Source: Candidatus Omnitrophota bacterium
GTDB lineage: Bacteria > Omnitrophota > Omnitrophia > Omnitrophales > Aquincolibacteriaceae
Direction of reading: 5' to 3'
Assembly (NCBI GenBank): GCA_043732705.1
Contig: JAYTHE010000029.1
Coordinates: 70,445 to 134,444, forward strand
DNA: 64,000 nt
Below, piece by piece: positions 9,406 through 18,413 of the stretch. A model generated the notes under the pieces. It searched no databases. It was not told the DNA's origin and worked only from the letters and a program-made list of their open reading frames with translations. Position 1 is the first letter of the stretch. Each line of letters begins with the position of its first letter. A program made the position numbers and the translations under genes.

Positions 9406-9420
9406 ATTTCCTTCTTTATT

Positions 9421-9512
9421 TCTGCTCTGGGTTTCACCCAACCGCAAATTTTATTTTCTTACTTTATGTCTATTCCGCCGGTTGAGCTAAAGCTCAGAGG
9501 CAAAATTAATAG
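9421..9512. repeat. PE x2, opposite orientations (rplR-rpsE spacer)
   Basis: tctgctctgggtttcacccaaccgc ... gccggttgagctaaagctcagaggcaaaattaat. Confidence 0.8.
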
Positions 9513-9513
9513 A

Positions 9514-9876
9514 TCAGAACTGTATTCCGCCTTCGCGCAATCCGTCGGCCAAGGCTTTGATGCGGCCATGATACAAGTATCCTGCACGATCAAAGCTAAT
9601 ACTCGAAATTCCTTTTTCCTTCATTTTTGCCGCATAAAACAGACCCAAATTTTTTGCCAAACCTGTTTTATCCGCATCTTTCGGAGCTTGCTTTAAAAAA
9701 GCTTTATCCTGTGTGGAAAAAGAAATCAATGTGCGCTGTGCAAAATCATCCACCACTTGAGCCTGAAGGCTGCGAGCCGAGCGATGAACTGACAAACGAG
9801 GACGTTCCGGTGTTCCGGAAATTTTTTTGCGAACGCGCACATGCCGATGTTGTCTGCCAAATTCTCTTGTATTCAT
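9514..9876 (-). CDS. rplR: 50S ribosomal protein L18
   Basis: 120 aa, RLSVHRSARSLQAQVVDD. Confidence 0.9.
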   Translation of the reverse strand: MNTREFGRQHRHVRVRKKISGTPERPRLSVHRSARSLQAQVVDDFAQRTLISFSTQDKAFLKQAPKDADKTGLAKNLGLFYAAKMKEKGISSISFDRAGYLYHGRIKALADGLREGGIQF

Positions 9877-9923
9877 AAATCAATCCTCTTCGATTCTAAA
9901 TTTTTGCTTAACGTTGCTGCTAA

Positions 9924-9958
9924 CGGCGGTTGCGCTTCAGCGCAGAGCCAAAACGTTA
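9924..9958. repeat. PE (rplF-rplR spacer)
   Basis: cggcggttgcgcttcagcgcagagccaaaacgtta. Confidence 0.85.
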
Positions 9959-10495
9959 ACTGCCGACTTTCTTACCTTGTTTGCGGCGCACTTGCTCGCC
10001 GACATAACGAATTCCCTTGCCCTTATACGGCTCCGGAGGACTAAAACTGCGAATTTCAGCGGCAGCTTGCCCCACCGACTGCTTATCTGCACCTGTAATA
10101 ACAATACGTGTTGGACTTGGACACTTGATATCAAGACCTTCTTCGATTTGGTAATCACTCGGGTGAGTAAAGCCAAGTACCATACTTAACACTTTACCCT
10201 TGATCGCCGCCTTAAAACCAACACCGATAAGCTCCAACTCTTTAACATATCCTTCAGTGACACCTTGAATCATATTACGAATGACTGCACGCGTTGTACC
10301 ATGCAAAGAGCGGTCAAGCGGCTCATCCGAAGAGCGGGTCACCACAACTTCTTTATCTTTTGATTCAACTTTGATTTTCGAGTGCACATCAAAATTAAGC
10401 TCCCCCTTAGGCCCCTTGACTTTGATCTTTTGACCCTGAATCGTAATTTGTACTTTATCCAGAACTGATACTGGTTTTCTTCCTACTCTCGACAT
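9956..10495 (-). CDS. rplF: 50S ribosomal protein L6
   Basis: MSRVGRKPVSV... Confidence 0.95.
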   Translation of the reverse strand: MSRVGRKPVSVLDKVQITIQGQKIKVKGPKGELNFDVHSKIKVESKDKEVVVTRSSDEPLDRSLHGTTRAVIRNMIQGVTEGYVKELELIGVGFKAAIKGKVLSMVLGFTHPSDYQIEEGLDIKCPSPTRIVITGADKQSVGQAAAEIRSFSPPEPYKGKGIRYVGEQVRRKQGKKVGS

Positions 10496-10537
10496 AATTC
10501 TTTTCCTTAAACTTTACTTAACCTTTTTAGCACTTAT

Positions 10538-10570
10538 ACGATTGCGCTTTAGCGCAGAGCAAAACAATAC
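10538..10570. repeat. PE (rpsH-rplF spacer)
   Basis: acgattgcgctttagcgcagagcaaaacaatac. Confidence 0.8.
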
Positions 10571-10578
10571 AGACAGCG

Positions 10579-10977
10579 TTACCAAACTGTGCAAATAAAT
10601 TCGCCGCCAACATTCATTTCTTTGGCCTGACGATCGGTCATAAGACCTTTTGAAGTCGAAACAATCGCGACGCCAAAACCACCCTGAACATGCGGAACTT
10701 TTTTAACACCAACATAGCGGCGCAATCCGGGAGTCGAAATACGGCGGATCCCCTGAATCGCAGGCTTGCGGCCTTTAACATATTTTAAATGAACGCGCAC
10801 AAACTTCTTGGCGCCTTCTTCAAAAACCTTCGAGCCTTGAATAAAACCTTCTTTTTCAAGGATCTCAAGAATCTTGACCGCAACGTTCGAAGAAGGAGTG
10901 GTGACCTTGTCCAAACGCGCCTGAGATGCATTGCGCAAAACCGTTAAAAAATCACCTACAAAATCACTTTGAGACAT
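10579..10977 (-). CDS. rpsH: 30S ribosomal protein S8
   Basis: 132 aa, DFVGDFLTVLRNA... Confidence 0.95.
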   Translation of the reverse strand: MSQSDFVGDFLTVLRNASQARLDKVTTPSSNVAVKILEILEKEGFIQGSKVFEEGAKKFVRVHLKYVKGRKPAIQGIRRISTPGLRRYVGVKKVPHVQGGFGVAIVSTSKGLMTDRQAKEMNVGGEFICTVW

Positions 10978-10994
10978 GCGTTCTTTTTCTCCTA

Positions 10995-11090
10995 TTGCGG
11001 TTGTGCGCCTTTAAGCGCACAGAGCCAAATATCACTAACTCGATTTAATTACCTTTTTGCGCTTAAGCGCAAAAGAGGCGAAAAATTACA
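10995..11090. repeat. PE x2 (rpsZ-rpsH spacer)
   Basis: ttgcggttgtgcgcctttaagcgcacagagccaaatatcac ; tttttgcgcttaagcgcaaaagaggcgaaaaattac. Confidence 0.8.
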
Positions 11091-11092
11091 GG

Positions 11093-11278
11093 TTACCAGC
11101 TCGAGCGAACAACGCCCGGAATTAATCCGTCGTTAGCAAGCTCGCGAAAGCAAATTCGGCAAACCTGATATTTACCAATATATCCGCGCGCGCGGCCGCA
11201 ACGCTGACAACGATTATATTTTTGAACTTTAAATTTGGGTGTGAGCCGTTGCTTGACAACTAAACAGGTCTTTGCCAT
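11093..11278 (-). CDS. rpsZ: 30S ribosomal protein S14 type Z (zinc-binding, 61 aa)
   Basis: [10 protein letters not shown]...CRICFRELA Cys4 motif. Confidence 0.9.
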   Translation of the reverse strand: MAKTCLVVKQRLTPKFKVQKYNRCQRCGRARGYIGKYQVCRICFRELANDGLIPGVVRSSW

Positions 11279-11296
11279 GAAATTCTCTTCCTCTTA

Positions 11297-11917
11297 TTAT
11301 CTTTTTTTGAATGGAAAACCGAGAAGCTCCAAAAGCTTTTTGGCTTCCTGGTTATTCGTTGCCGTTGTCACAAAAGTCACGTCCATACCCTGGACTTTTT
11401 TAACTTTATCAAATTGAACCTCGGAAAAAACGGTTTGTTCCGTGATTCCGATCGAAAAATTTCCGCGGCCGTCAAAGCTTCGGTCCGAATATCCTTGAAA
11501 ATCGCGGATACGCGGCATCGCTAAATTGAACAAACGGTCCATAAATTCATACATGCGCGCTTTGCGGAGAGTTACTTTCAAACCGATCGGAGAGTTTTCG
11601 CGCAGTTTAAACGCGGAAATCGCCTTCTTGGCGCGGCGCACAACCGGCTTTTGTCCGGTGATCAAAGAAAGTTCTTCAGCACATTGCTCAAAAATCTTGA
11701 TATCGGAAGGGCCTTCTTTAATACCCATATTCACAACGATTTTTTGAAGCTTCGGAATCTGCATCTTGTTCTTATAGCCAAATTCTTTAGCAAGCTGCGG
11801 AGAAATTTCCGCATCATACTTCGCCTTCAATCGCGGCGTATAATTTGATTTCTCATTTATTTTTTTTGCCGGTTGAGCGGAGCGCTCAGAGGCAGATTTT
11901 TTATCGTCCGTTGCCAT
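11297..11917 (-). CDS. rplE: 50S ribosomal protein L5 (N-terminal ~25-aa extension containing a repeat element)
   Basis: L5 core KLQKIVVNMGIKEG...; ATG 11917 preceded by AGGAGAGG SD and overlaps rplX stop (TAATATG). Confidence 0.9.
   Translation of the reverse strand: MATDDKKSASERSAQPAKKINEKSNYTPRLKAKYDAEISPQLAKEFGYKNKMQIPKLQKIVVNMGIKEGPSDIKIFEQCAEELSLITGQKPVVRRAKKAISAFKLRENSPIGLKVTLRKARMYEFMDRLFNLAMPRIRDFQGYSDRSFDGRGNFSIGITEQTVFSEVQFDKVKKVQGMDVTFVTTATNNQEAKKLLELLGFPFKKR
11868..11907. repeat. PE inside rplE 5' coding extension (inverted orientation)
   Basis: gccggttgagcggagcgctcagaggcag encodes SASERSAQPA on minus strand. Confidence 0.8.
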
Positions 11918-11918
11918 A

Positions 11919-12227
11919 TTAGAAAACCTCTCCTGACTTTTTAGCCAAGCGCTGCTTAGTGCCGTCTGCAAGCCGTGAATATCCTACGCGGGTGGGCTTA
12001 CCAGAACGCGGGCAAATCAATTTCACGTTTGAAACATGAAGTTTGCCCTCGACTTTGGAAATTCCGCCTTTGGGATTATCCTGGCTCTTTCTTAAATACA
12101 CCGTTTGATAATTAATTTTTTCAACGAGCAATCCCTGCTGCGCTGAAAAAACACGCATCACTTTACCTTTTTTACCTTTATCTTTACCCGCAATAACGAG
12201 CACTTCATCGCCTTTTCTGATCTTCAT
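11919..12227 (-). CDS. rplX: 50S ribosomal protein L24
   Basis: MKIRKGDEVLVIAGKDKGKKG KOW motif. Confidence 0.9.
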   Translation of the reverse strand: MKIRKGDEVLVIAGKDKGKKGKVMRVFSAQQGLLVEKINYQTVYLRKSQDNPKGGISKVEGKLHVSNVKLICPRSGKPTRVGYSRLADGTKQRLAKKSGEVF

Positions 12228-12229
12228 GA

Positions 12230-12598
12230 CTACACAACCTCCGGAGCCAATGAAATAATTTTTGTGAATGCGCAGTCGCGAAGTTCACGCGCTACGGGAC
12301 CGAAAATGCGTGTTCCGCGAGGGTTCTTCGCATTATCGATCAAAACAATAGCATTCGACGAAAAACGAACCGTTGATCCGTCTTTGCGCTGAATCGGAAA
12401 ACGTGTACGAACTACAACCGCCTTAACAACCTCACCCTTTTTAACGGCGGAAGTGGGAATAGCTTCTTTAACCGCAGCGGTAATAATGTCGCCCACTTCG
12501 GCAACCAAAGTTCCATGGCGCCCGATAACACCGATCATCGAGGCTTTTTTTGCGCCGCTATTATCGGCAATATCAAGAATAGAACGAATCTGAATCAT
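12230..12598 (-). CDS. rplN: 50S ribosomal protein L14
   Basis: [18 protein letters not shown]; internal Met chosen over ORF-track start. Confidence 0.9.
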   Translation of the reverse strand: MIQIRSILDIADNSGAKKASMIGVIGRHGTLVAEVGDIITAAVKEAIPTSAVKKGEVVKAVVVRTRFPIQRKDGSTVRFSSNAIVLIDNAKNPRGTRIFGPVARELRDCAFTKIISLAPEVV

Positions 12599-12852
12599 GC
12601 TGCCACCACTTTCGTCACGCGCCAACGCTTACTCTTGGATGTCGGACTTGTTTCAACGATATGAACCTTGTCACCGGTTTTTGAAATATTTTTCTCATCA
12701 TGCGCATAGCATTTGATCTGACGCGAAATAACTTTTTTATATTCAGAATGTTGAAAAACCTTGGTTACTTCAATAACGCGAGTCTTGTTCATTTTGTCGC
12801 TTGTAACGACACCTTCTAAAATACTAGCTGATTTTTTTACGGCTTCGGACAT
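12595..12852 (-). CDS. rpsQ: 30S ribosomal protein S17
   Basis: 85 aa, OB fold sequence. Confidence 0.9.
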   Translation of the reverse strand: MSEAVKKSASILEGVVTSDKMNKTRVIEVTKVFQHSEYKKVISRQIKCYAHDEKNISKTGDKVHIVETSPTSKSKRWRVTKVVAA

Positions 12853-12853
12853 A

Positions 12854-13150
12854 TTACGACGCGCTCCTGCTGGTTATATTTTTACTCTGGGTCTTCGACC
12901 CAACCGCGGCCTTGCTCTGAGACTTCGTCTCAGTCGCACTTTGTTGAGACTTTGTCTCAACTGCTTTTTGCTGATTCGCCACTGTTAGAACTCTTGCAAT
13001 ATCACGGCGCATTTCTTTAATCGTGGAATGTTTTTCCAGCTTGCCCAATTTCGCATCAAAACGAAGCTGCATGAGTTGCTTTTTCAGCTGTGTTTCTTTT
13101 TCCGCTAATTCTTCTTTGCTTAAATTTTGGTAATCAGCTACTTTTGCCAT
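12854..13150 (-). CDS. rpmC: 50S ribosomal protein L29 with ~35-aa C-terminal tail encoded by three palindromic repeat units
   Basis: MAKVADYQNLSKEELAEKETQLKKQLMQLRF L29 core; TAATATG junction with rplP; tail AVETKSQQSATETKSQSK... Confidence 0.85.
   Translation of the reverse strand: MAKVADYQNLSKEELAEKETQLKKQLMQLRFDAKLGKLEKHSTIKEMRRDIARVLTVANQQKAVETKSQQSATETKSQSKAAVGSKTQSKNITSRSAS
12876..12964. repeat. PE x3 forming the rpmC C-terminal tail
   Basis: tactctgggtcttcgacccaaccgcgg ; ctgagacttcgtctcag ; ttgagactttgtctcaa. Confidence 0.8.
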
Positions 13151-13151
13151 A

Positions 13152-13568
13152 TTAGATTCCTTCACGCTTCACAAATTTGGTCCGGAACGGGATTTTATGC
13201 GCGCAGAGGCGAAAGGCAGACTTCGCGAGCAATTCCGGAATTCCTGACATTTCAAAAATAATGCGTCCCGGTTTAATAACACAAACATAAAACTCAGGCG
13301 AACCTTTACCCTTACCCATACGAGTTTCGGGCGGACGCTTGGTATACGGCTTATCCGGAAAAGCACGCAGCCACAATTTACCACTGCGTTTGACGTGACG
13401 TGAAAGAGCCACACGCGCCGCTTCAATTTGAATTGCTGTCAAATAACCGCGGTCGATTGCCTTTAAAGCATAATCTCCGAACGCCAAGCTTGATCCGCGG
13501 GTAGCAACACCGCCCATGGACCCACGCTGCATTTTTCTATATTTGACACGTTTCGGCATTAACGACAT
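13152..13568 (-). CDS. rplP: 50S ribosomal protein L16
   Basis: [13 protein letters not shown]... Confidence 0.95.
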   Translation of the reverse strand: MSLMPKRVKYRKMQRGSMGGVATRGSSLAFGDYALKAIDRGYLTAIQIEAARVALSRHVKRSGKLWLRAFPDKPYTKRPPETRMGKGKGSPEFYVCVIKPGRIIFEMSGIPELLAKSAFRLCAHKIPFRTKFVKREGI

Positions 13569-13585
13569 AAATTCCTTTTCTTCTT

Positions 13586-13620
13586 TTGCCGCTGAGCGTT
13601 AGCTCAGAGGCAAATATTAC
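13586..13620. repeat. PE (rpsC-rplP spacer)
   Basis: ttgccgctgagcgttagctcagaggcaaatattac. Confidence 0.8.
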
Positions 13621-13622
13621 CC

Positions 13623-14351
13623 TTAGGCTTTGACCGCTGCGGTATCCGCTGAAGCAGCCGCATTTACTTCAGCTTCTTTGCTTGCTTGAAGCTCACGCTC
13701 CAAACGTTTTTCAGCCTGTTCTTTCTTAACTAAAATATCACCCTTATAGATCCAAACTTTGCAACCGATGGTTCCGTAAGCCGTGAAAGCTTCAATAAAA
13801 CCATAGTCAACATCGGCGCGAAAAGTTTGAAGCGGAACCTTGCCTTCATGATACCCTTCAGCACGCGCGATTTCCGCGCCGCCCAAGCGTCCCTTAACCT
13901 GCATCTTAATTCCAAGCGCGCCTTTTTGCATGGCAAGCTGCATTGCGCGTTTCATCGCGCGACGAAAGCCAATACGTTTTTCAAGCTGCTGAGCTACGTT
14001 TTCAGCCACAAGCTGCGCGTCAATCTGCGGAACCTTAACTTCCTTAATATCCAAAAAGATTTCGTTTTTTGTAATCTTAGATACATCGTCTTTGATCTTG
14101 TCAATTTCTTGTCCGCGACGCCCGATGATAACGCCGGGTTTTGCGGCGAAAATTCTTACGCGCACGCGTCCCTGTGAACGTTCGATTTCAACGCTGGAAA
14201 TTCCAGCTGGCCCAAGTTTCTTTTTAATGTACGTACGGATTTTCAAATCCTCGTGCAATAAAACACCCGCATTTTTATTGGAAAACCAGCGGGCTTTCCA
14301 AGTGCGGATGTATCCTAATCTGATTCCGTACGGATGAACTTTCTGGCCCAA
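13623..14351 (-). CDS. rpsC: 30S ribosomal protein S3
   Basis: [13 protein letters not shown]..., KH domain. Confidence 0.95.
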   Translation of the reverse strand: MGQKVHPYGIRLGYIRTWKARWFSNKNAGVLLHEDLKIRTYIKKKLGPAGISSVEIERSQGRVRVRIFAAKPGVIIGRRGQEIDKIKDDVSKITKNEIFLDIKEVKVPQIDAQLVAENVAQQLEKRIGFRRAMKRAMQLAMQKGALGIKMQVKGRLGGAEIARAEGYHEGKVPLQTFRADVDYGFIEAFTAYGTIGCKVWIYKGDILVKKEQAEKRLERELQASKEAEVNAAASADTAAVKA

Positions 14352-14401
14352 AACGTTTTCTCCTTTTACTCAAATTGTCTTTATGACAATTTGAAATTTA
14401 A

Positions 14402-14863
14402 TTACTGCGCCTTAGCGGCCGCTGATTTCTTGGTTGTCTTTTTTGCTTTTTCTTCGACAACCTGTGTATAAACTGGATTCACAACTTTCTTACCTTCAGC
14501 CACAATCACAGTCACGTGAGTTGTGCGCTTCAACATACGATCCATACGCCCCTGAGAACGCGGAAAAATACGTTTCATCGTCGGACCGTTGTCGGTCAAA
14601 ACTTCCTTAACGATCAGCTTGGATTCATCCAAACCCTTGACCTTTGCGTTGGCTAAAGCGCTGTTCAAAACTTTTGCAATAATACGTGCACCTTTTTTAT
14701 TAGTGACATGCAAAATCGCAACTGCATCGGATGCAGGCTTCTTACGCACAATGTCCGCAACCAAACCCATCTTACGGGTTGAAATTCTTGCGTACTGCCA
14801 ACTCGCAACCGCATGCTTTTCTGATACTGTTCTATTTTTTGCTAACGTTCCGCTATGGCTCAT
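14402..14863 (-). CDS. rplV: 50S ribosomal protein L22 (Lys/Ala-rich C-terminal extension)
   Basis: LVADIVRKKPASDAVAILHVTNKKGARII... Confidence 0.9.
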   Translation of the reverse strand: MSHSGTLAKNRTVSEKHAVASWQYARISTRKMGLVADIVRKKPASDAVAILHVTNKKGARIIAKVLNSALANAKVKGLDESKLIVKEVLTDNGPTMKRIFPRSQGRMDRMLKRTTHVTVIVAEGKKVVNPVYTQVVEEKAKKTTKKSAAAKAQ

Positions 14864-14912
14864 TTCTTTATCTCACTTTTTGTTCGTAATAATGCTTTTA
14901 TTACTGCTCCGT

Positions 14913-14948
14913 CTTGCGGTTGGGCAAAACCCAGAGCTAAAATTTAAC
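14913..14948. repeat. PE (rpsS-rplV spacer)
   Basis: cttgcggttgggcaaaacccagagctaaaatttaac. Confidence 0.85.
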
Positions 14949-14950
14949 TG

Positions 14951-15250
14951 CTATGTTTTAGCGACGGTACCAGCTGCCGCGGCTTTTTCGCCCGATTGAC
15001 CGTGACCGCGGAATTTCCGGGTTGGAGCAAATTCGCCGACGCGATGCCCCACCATTTCTTCCGTTACAAACAAACCTAAAAAATCTTTTCCATTGTGAAT
15101 CGAAAGCGTCGCCCCTACAAAATCAGCTGTGATAGTTGAACGGCGAGACCATGTTTTAATGGGCTTGCGGTCTTTCGTCTGAACAGCCTTTTGGACTTTC
15201 ATCAGTAACTTCTCGTCAACAAATACACCTTTTTTCGATGAACGGCTCAT
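14951..15250 (-). CDS. rpsS: 30S ribosomal protein S19
   Basis: [16 protein letters not shown]... Confidence 0.95.
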   Translation of the reverse strand: MSRSSKKGVFVDEKLLMKVQKAVQTKDRKPIKTWSRRSTITADFVGATLSIHNGKDFLGLFVTEEMVGHRVGEFAPTRKFRGHGQSGEKAAAAGTVAKT

Positions 15251-15297
15251 TTTATTTTTTCCCTATCTAATCTTGTTTTATCAATTCTTGCTTACAA

Positions 15298-15331
15298 CAG
15301 CGGTTGCGCTTTAGCGCAGAGCCAAATATTA
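15298..15331. repeat. PE (rplB-rpsS spacer), tail supplies rplB stop
   Basis: cagcggttgcgctttagcgcagagccaaatatta. Confidence 0.85.
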
Positions 15332-16156
15332 CTTTCTTCTGTCTTTCACAATAAACTTGTTCGTGATTTTCGATTTCTTACGAGTCTTAAGACCTTTGGA
15401 TTTTTGACCCCAAGGACTCTTCGGATGTTCATTCGACTTCGACTTCGCCTCACCACCACCCATCGGATGGTCAACAGGGTTACGAACAATCGCGCGCGTA
15501 ATTGGGCGACGGCCCATCCAACGTGTTTTTCCGGCTTTTCCGTATACTAATTTTTCATGTTCAAGATTTGAACATTGGCCGATTGTCGCGAAAGCATTGA
15601 CAGGAACCAAACGCACTTCACCCGAGGGCATTTTCACGTGAGCATAAGCGCCTTCTTTTGCAAGAATCTGTGCCATTCCGCCTGCGGCACGAACCATTTT
15701 TCCGCCGCGGCCGGCAAGAAGCTCAATATTATGAATCGGCGAGCCTTCAGGAATACGGCTCAAAGGAAGATGATTGCCAAGCTTTACTTCTGCTTCGGGG
15801 CCGCTCACAATTTTTTCGCCGACTTTCAAACCATCCGGGCAAATGATGTAGCGCTTTTCACCATCTTCATATTGGACAAGCGAAATACGCGAGCTGCGAT
15901 TGGGGTCATATTCCACGGTCAGCACAGTTGCGGGAATTCCAAAACGTTCGCGGCGAAAATCAACGATACGAATGCGGCGCTTATGCCCGCCTCCGCGGCC
16001 ACGCTTCGTGATATGTCCGTGATTGTTGCGGCCACCGGAAGAATGCTTGCTTAACGTCAACGGCCAATGCGGTTTGCTGACTGTTAATTCAGCAAAGTCT
16101 GATACCTGCTTGTAGCGCCCTGACGGCGTAATTGGTCTAAATTTTGTCAATCCCAT
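15329..16156 (-). CDS. rplB: 50S ribosomal protein L2
   Basis: 275 aa, GRNNHGHITKRGRGGGHKR. Confidence 0.95.
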   Translation of the reverse strand: MGLTKFRPITPSGRYKQVSDFAELTVSKPHWPLTLSKHSSGGRNNHGHITKRGRGGGHKRRIRIVDFRRERFGIPATVLTVEYDPNRSSRISLVQYEDGEKRYIICPDGLKVGEKIVSGPEAEVKLGNHLPLSRIPEGSPIHNIELLAGRGGKMVRAAGGMAQILAKEGAYAHVKMPSGEVRLVPVNAFATIGQCSNLEHEKLVYGKAGKTRWMGRRPITRAIVRNPVDHPMGGGEAKSKSNEHPKSPWGQKSKGLKTRKKSKITNKFIVKDRRK

Positions 16157-16197
16157 ATTTTTTTCTCTATTTTTTTCTCTATTTTTTTCTGTTACTT

Positions 16198-16235
16198 AAT
16201 CGCGGTTGGGCAAAGCCCAGAGCCAAAATATTACT
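16198..16235. repeat. PE (rplW-rplB spacer)
   Basis: tcgcggttgggcaaagcccagagccaaaatattac. Confidence 0.85.
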
Positions 16236-16236
16236 G

Positions 16237-16524
16237 TTACTTCGTAAAATCGATCTTCTCGCCCTTTTGGAGCGTGACCGTTGCTTTTTTCCAGCTGGCG
16301 GTAAGCCCGGGCTGAGCGCGTAAACGGCGCTGTTTTCCATCGTAATTAATCGTATTGATCTTAGTCACATGAACGTTATAAAACTTTTCTACAGCGGACT
16401 TGATCTGCTTCTTATTGCTCGCGCGGTGAACACGAAAAGAGTATTTTCCGAAAGACTCAGATTCACGCGTCGCTTTTTCGGTTACAACCGGCTCCAAAAT
16501 TACGTCGAACATATGCAGCTTCAT
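16237..16524 (-). CDS. rplW: 50S ribosomal protein L23
   Basis: MKLHMFDVILEPVVTEKAT; internal start chosen to avoid overlap with rplD. Confidence 0.85.
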   Translation of the reverse strand: MKLHMFDVILEPVVTEKATRESESFGKYSFRVHRASNKKQIKSAVEKFYNVHVTKINTINYDGKQRRLRAQPGLTASWKKATVTLQKGEKIDFTK

Positions 16525-16525
16525 A

Positions 16526-17185
16526 TTACTTCGCTCCTGCTTCTTTCGTGGACTTCGTTCCGACAACACGCGCTTCAATCGCAGCCAATGCATCCTGATC
16601 AATAATCAAACGATCGCGCTGCAAAACATCGTACGCGGTAAAGTTACGCGCTTCTTTGACATCAATCCATTCAAGCATATTGCGTGAAGCTTTCTTCAAA
16701 TTTGCATCACTTTCTTTCACCACGCAAAGTGCGCGGCGGCCATCTGTCGGCTGCGCCTTCATCAAGTCAACCCATTCTTTGGTTTTGGATGTTGAAAGCT
16801 TGATACTTTCCAAAACAACCAATTTCTTTTCAGCCGCTTTAAAACTTAAAGCTGAAGCCAAAGCCGAAGTTCTCATTGACTGTGACAAATGCACGGAATA
16901 ATCACGTGTCAAAGGTCCAAAAATTGTTCCGCCGCCTTTCCACAAAGGCGAACGATTGGAACCCGCACGAGCACGGCCCGTTCCTTTTTGCTTCCAGGGC
17001 TTCTTACCGCCGCCGCTCACATTACCGCGAGTTTTTGTATGCGCGGTACCGCTGCGCAAATTTGCAGCATAACCATTGCGAACTAAGTTCAAAAGACGCT
17101 GATTCACCCGAACTCCGAAAACTTCCGGATTCAGGACAACTTCACTTTTCTTTTTTCCCTCTTTAGAGTAAAGGGGTGCCTTCAT
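16526..17185 (-). CDS. rplD: 50S ribosomal protein L4
   Basis: 219 aa, position between rplC and rplW. Confidence 0.9.
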   Translation of the reverse strand: MKAPLYSKEGKKKSEVVLNPEVFGVRVNQRLLNLVRNGYAANLRSGTAHTKTRGNVSGGGKKPWKQKGTGRARAGSNRSPLWKGGGTIFGPLTRDYSVHLSQSMRTSALASALSFKAAEKKLVVLESIKLSTSKTKEWVDLMKAQPTDGRRALCVVKESDANLKKASRNMLEWIDVKEARNFTAYDVLQRDRLIIDQDALAAIEARVVGTKSTKEAGAK

Positions 17186-17211
17186 ATAATTTTCCTTAAT
17201 AATTTAGCGGT

Positions 17212-17940
17212 CTATTTTTTTTCCGCTTCAGTTTTCTCAATCGCCGGTTGAGCAGAAGGCTCAGAGGCAGAATTCGACTGGGCCGAATGAACTAGCCAAG
17301 ACTTTGCTTTCCCTTTTTTCAGAGAATTCTTAATTACAAGATATCCGCCGTTATGCCCCGGAATACTCCCGCGGACAATTAAAACGCCCTGCTCTTCATC
17401 AGCATCGACCACAAAGCAATTTGATTTGGTAATAGTATCTGTACCCATATGTCCGGCCATTTTACGTCCGCGATAAGTGCGGCCCGGGGTCGAGTTTTGT
17501 CCGGTTGATCCGGCTTCGCGGCCAAACTTAGAACCATGAGCGGCTTCGCCGCCCTTAAAACCGTGGCGCTTAATAACACTTTGAAACCCTTTACCTTTGG
17601 AAACTCCGGTCACATCAATATAGTCACCTGCTTCAAATTGCTTCACGGAAAGCTGCGCGCCCAGCGTCAAACCTTCGAGTTTTTCCGAACGGATTTCACG
17701 GATAAAATGCATCGCGTCTTTAACGCCGGATTTCTTAATGTGACCCATGAGGGCCTTGCCCAAATTCTTTTCTTTTGCCTTGCCATAAGCAAGCTGAACA
17801 GCCTGATAACCGTCTTTTTCTTTGGTGCGAATCGCCGTTACATAGCAAGGCGAGCAATCCAAAACCGTGACCGGAATTTGGCGGCCATCTTCATCAAACA
17901 CCTGTGTCATTCCAACTTTTTTTCCGAGCAAACCAATCAT
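17212..17940 (-). CDS. rplC: 50S ribosomal protein L3
   Basis: MIGLLGKKVGMTQVFDEDG. Confidence 0.95.
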   Translation of the reverse strand: MIGLLGKKVGMTQVFDEDGRQIPVTVLDCSPCYVTAIRTKEKDGYQAVQLAYGKAKEKNLGKALMGHIKKSGVKDAMHFIREIRSEKLEGLTLGAQLSVKQFEAGDYIDVTGVSKGKGFQSVIKRHGFKGGEAAHGSKFGREAGSTGQNSTPGRTYRGRKMAGHMGTDTITKSNCFVVDADEEQGVLIVRGSIPGHNGGYLVIKNSLKKGKAKSWLVHSAQSNSASEPSAQPAIEKTEAEKK

Positions 17941-17958
17941 TTTCTTTTCCTTTTATTA

Positions 17959-18034
17959 TTGATGCGCATCGTTCCCGATCGCAGAGCAAAATATTTTTTC
18001 ATTGCGCTTGAGCCAAAGGCTCAGAGCCCTTTAC
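17959..18034. repeat. PE-like x2, variants (rpsJ-rplC spacer)
   Basis: ttgatgcgcatcgttcccgatcgcagagcaaaatat ; attgcgcttgagccaaaggctcagagccc. Confidence 0.6.
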
Positions 18035-18345
18035 AATTTGATCTGTACGTCCACGCCCGCTGGTAAATCGAGCTTCTGGAGCGCATCCACCGTGCGGGAT
18101 GTCGGCTCTTCCAATTCAATCAAACGCTTGTGTGTACGAACTTCGTATTGGTCACGCGCCTTCTTATCAATATGCGGTCCGCGCAAAACAGTCGTCTTCC
18201 AAATGTGCGTCGGCAAAGGAATCGGGCCGATGATTTTAGCGCCGGTGCGGCGTGCTGTTCCGACAATTTCATGCACTGATTGATCCAGCACACGGCTGTC
18301 GTAAGCTTGCAGCTTAATTCTAATTTTTTCTTTTACTTGCGCCAT
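18031..18345 (-). CDS. rpsJ: 30S ribosomal protein S10
   Basis: [21 protein letters not shown]. Confidence 0.95.
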   Translation of the reverse strand: MAQVKEKIRIKLQAYDSRVLDQSVHEIVGTARRTGAKIIGPIPLPTHIWKTTVLRGPHIDKKARDQYEVRTHKRLIELEEPTSRTVDALQKLDLPAGVDVQIKL

Positions 18346-18413
18346 TTTTTTAAATCCTGTTTTATTTTTTTCGCGATTCGAGTTTTATCGAGAATCGCAT
18401 TTAAATCACTGGC

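Noticed and set aside
12230-12625. ORF-track N-terminally extended starts for rplN, rplW (16602), rplA (31387), rpsL (21526), rpsD (4275), rpsE (9447), atpD (41898), nuoL/M/N
   Set aside because: Extensions would overlap the preceding gene and lack homology; internal starts matching conserved N-termini and SD spacing were chosen instead.
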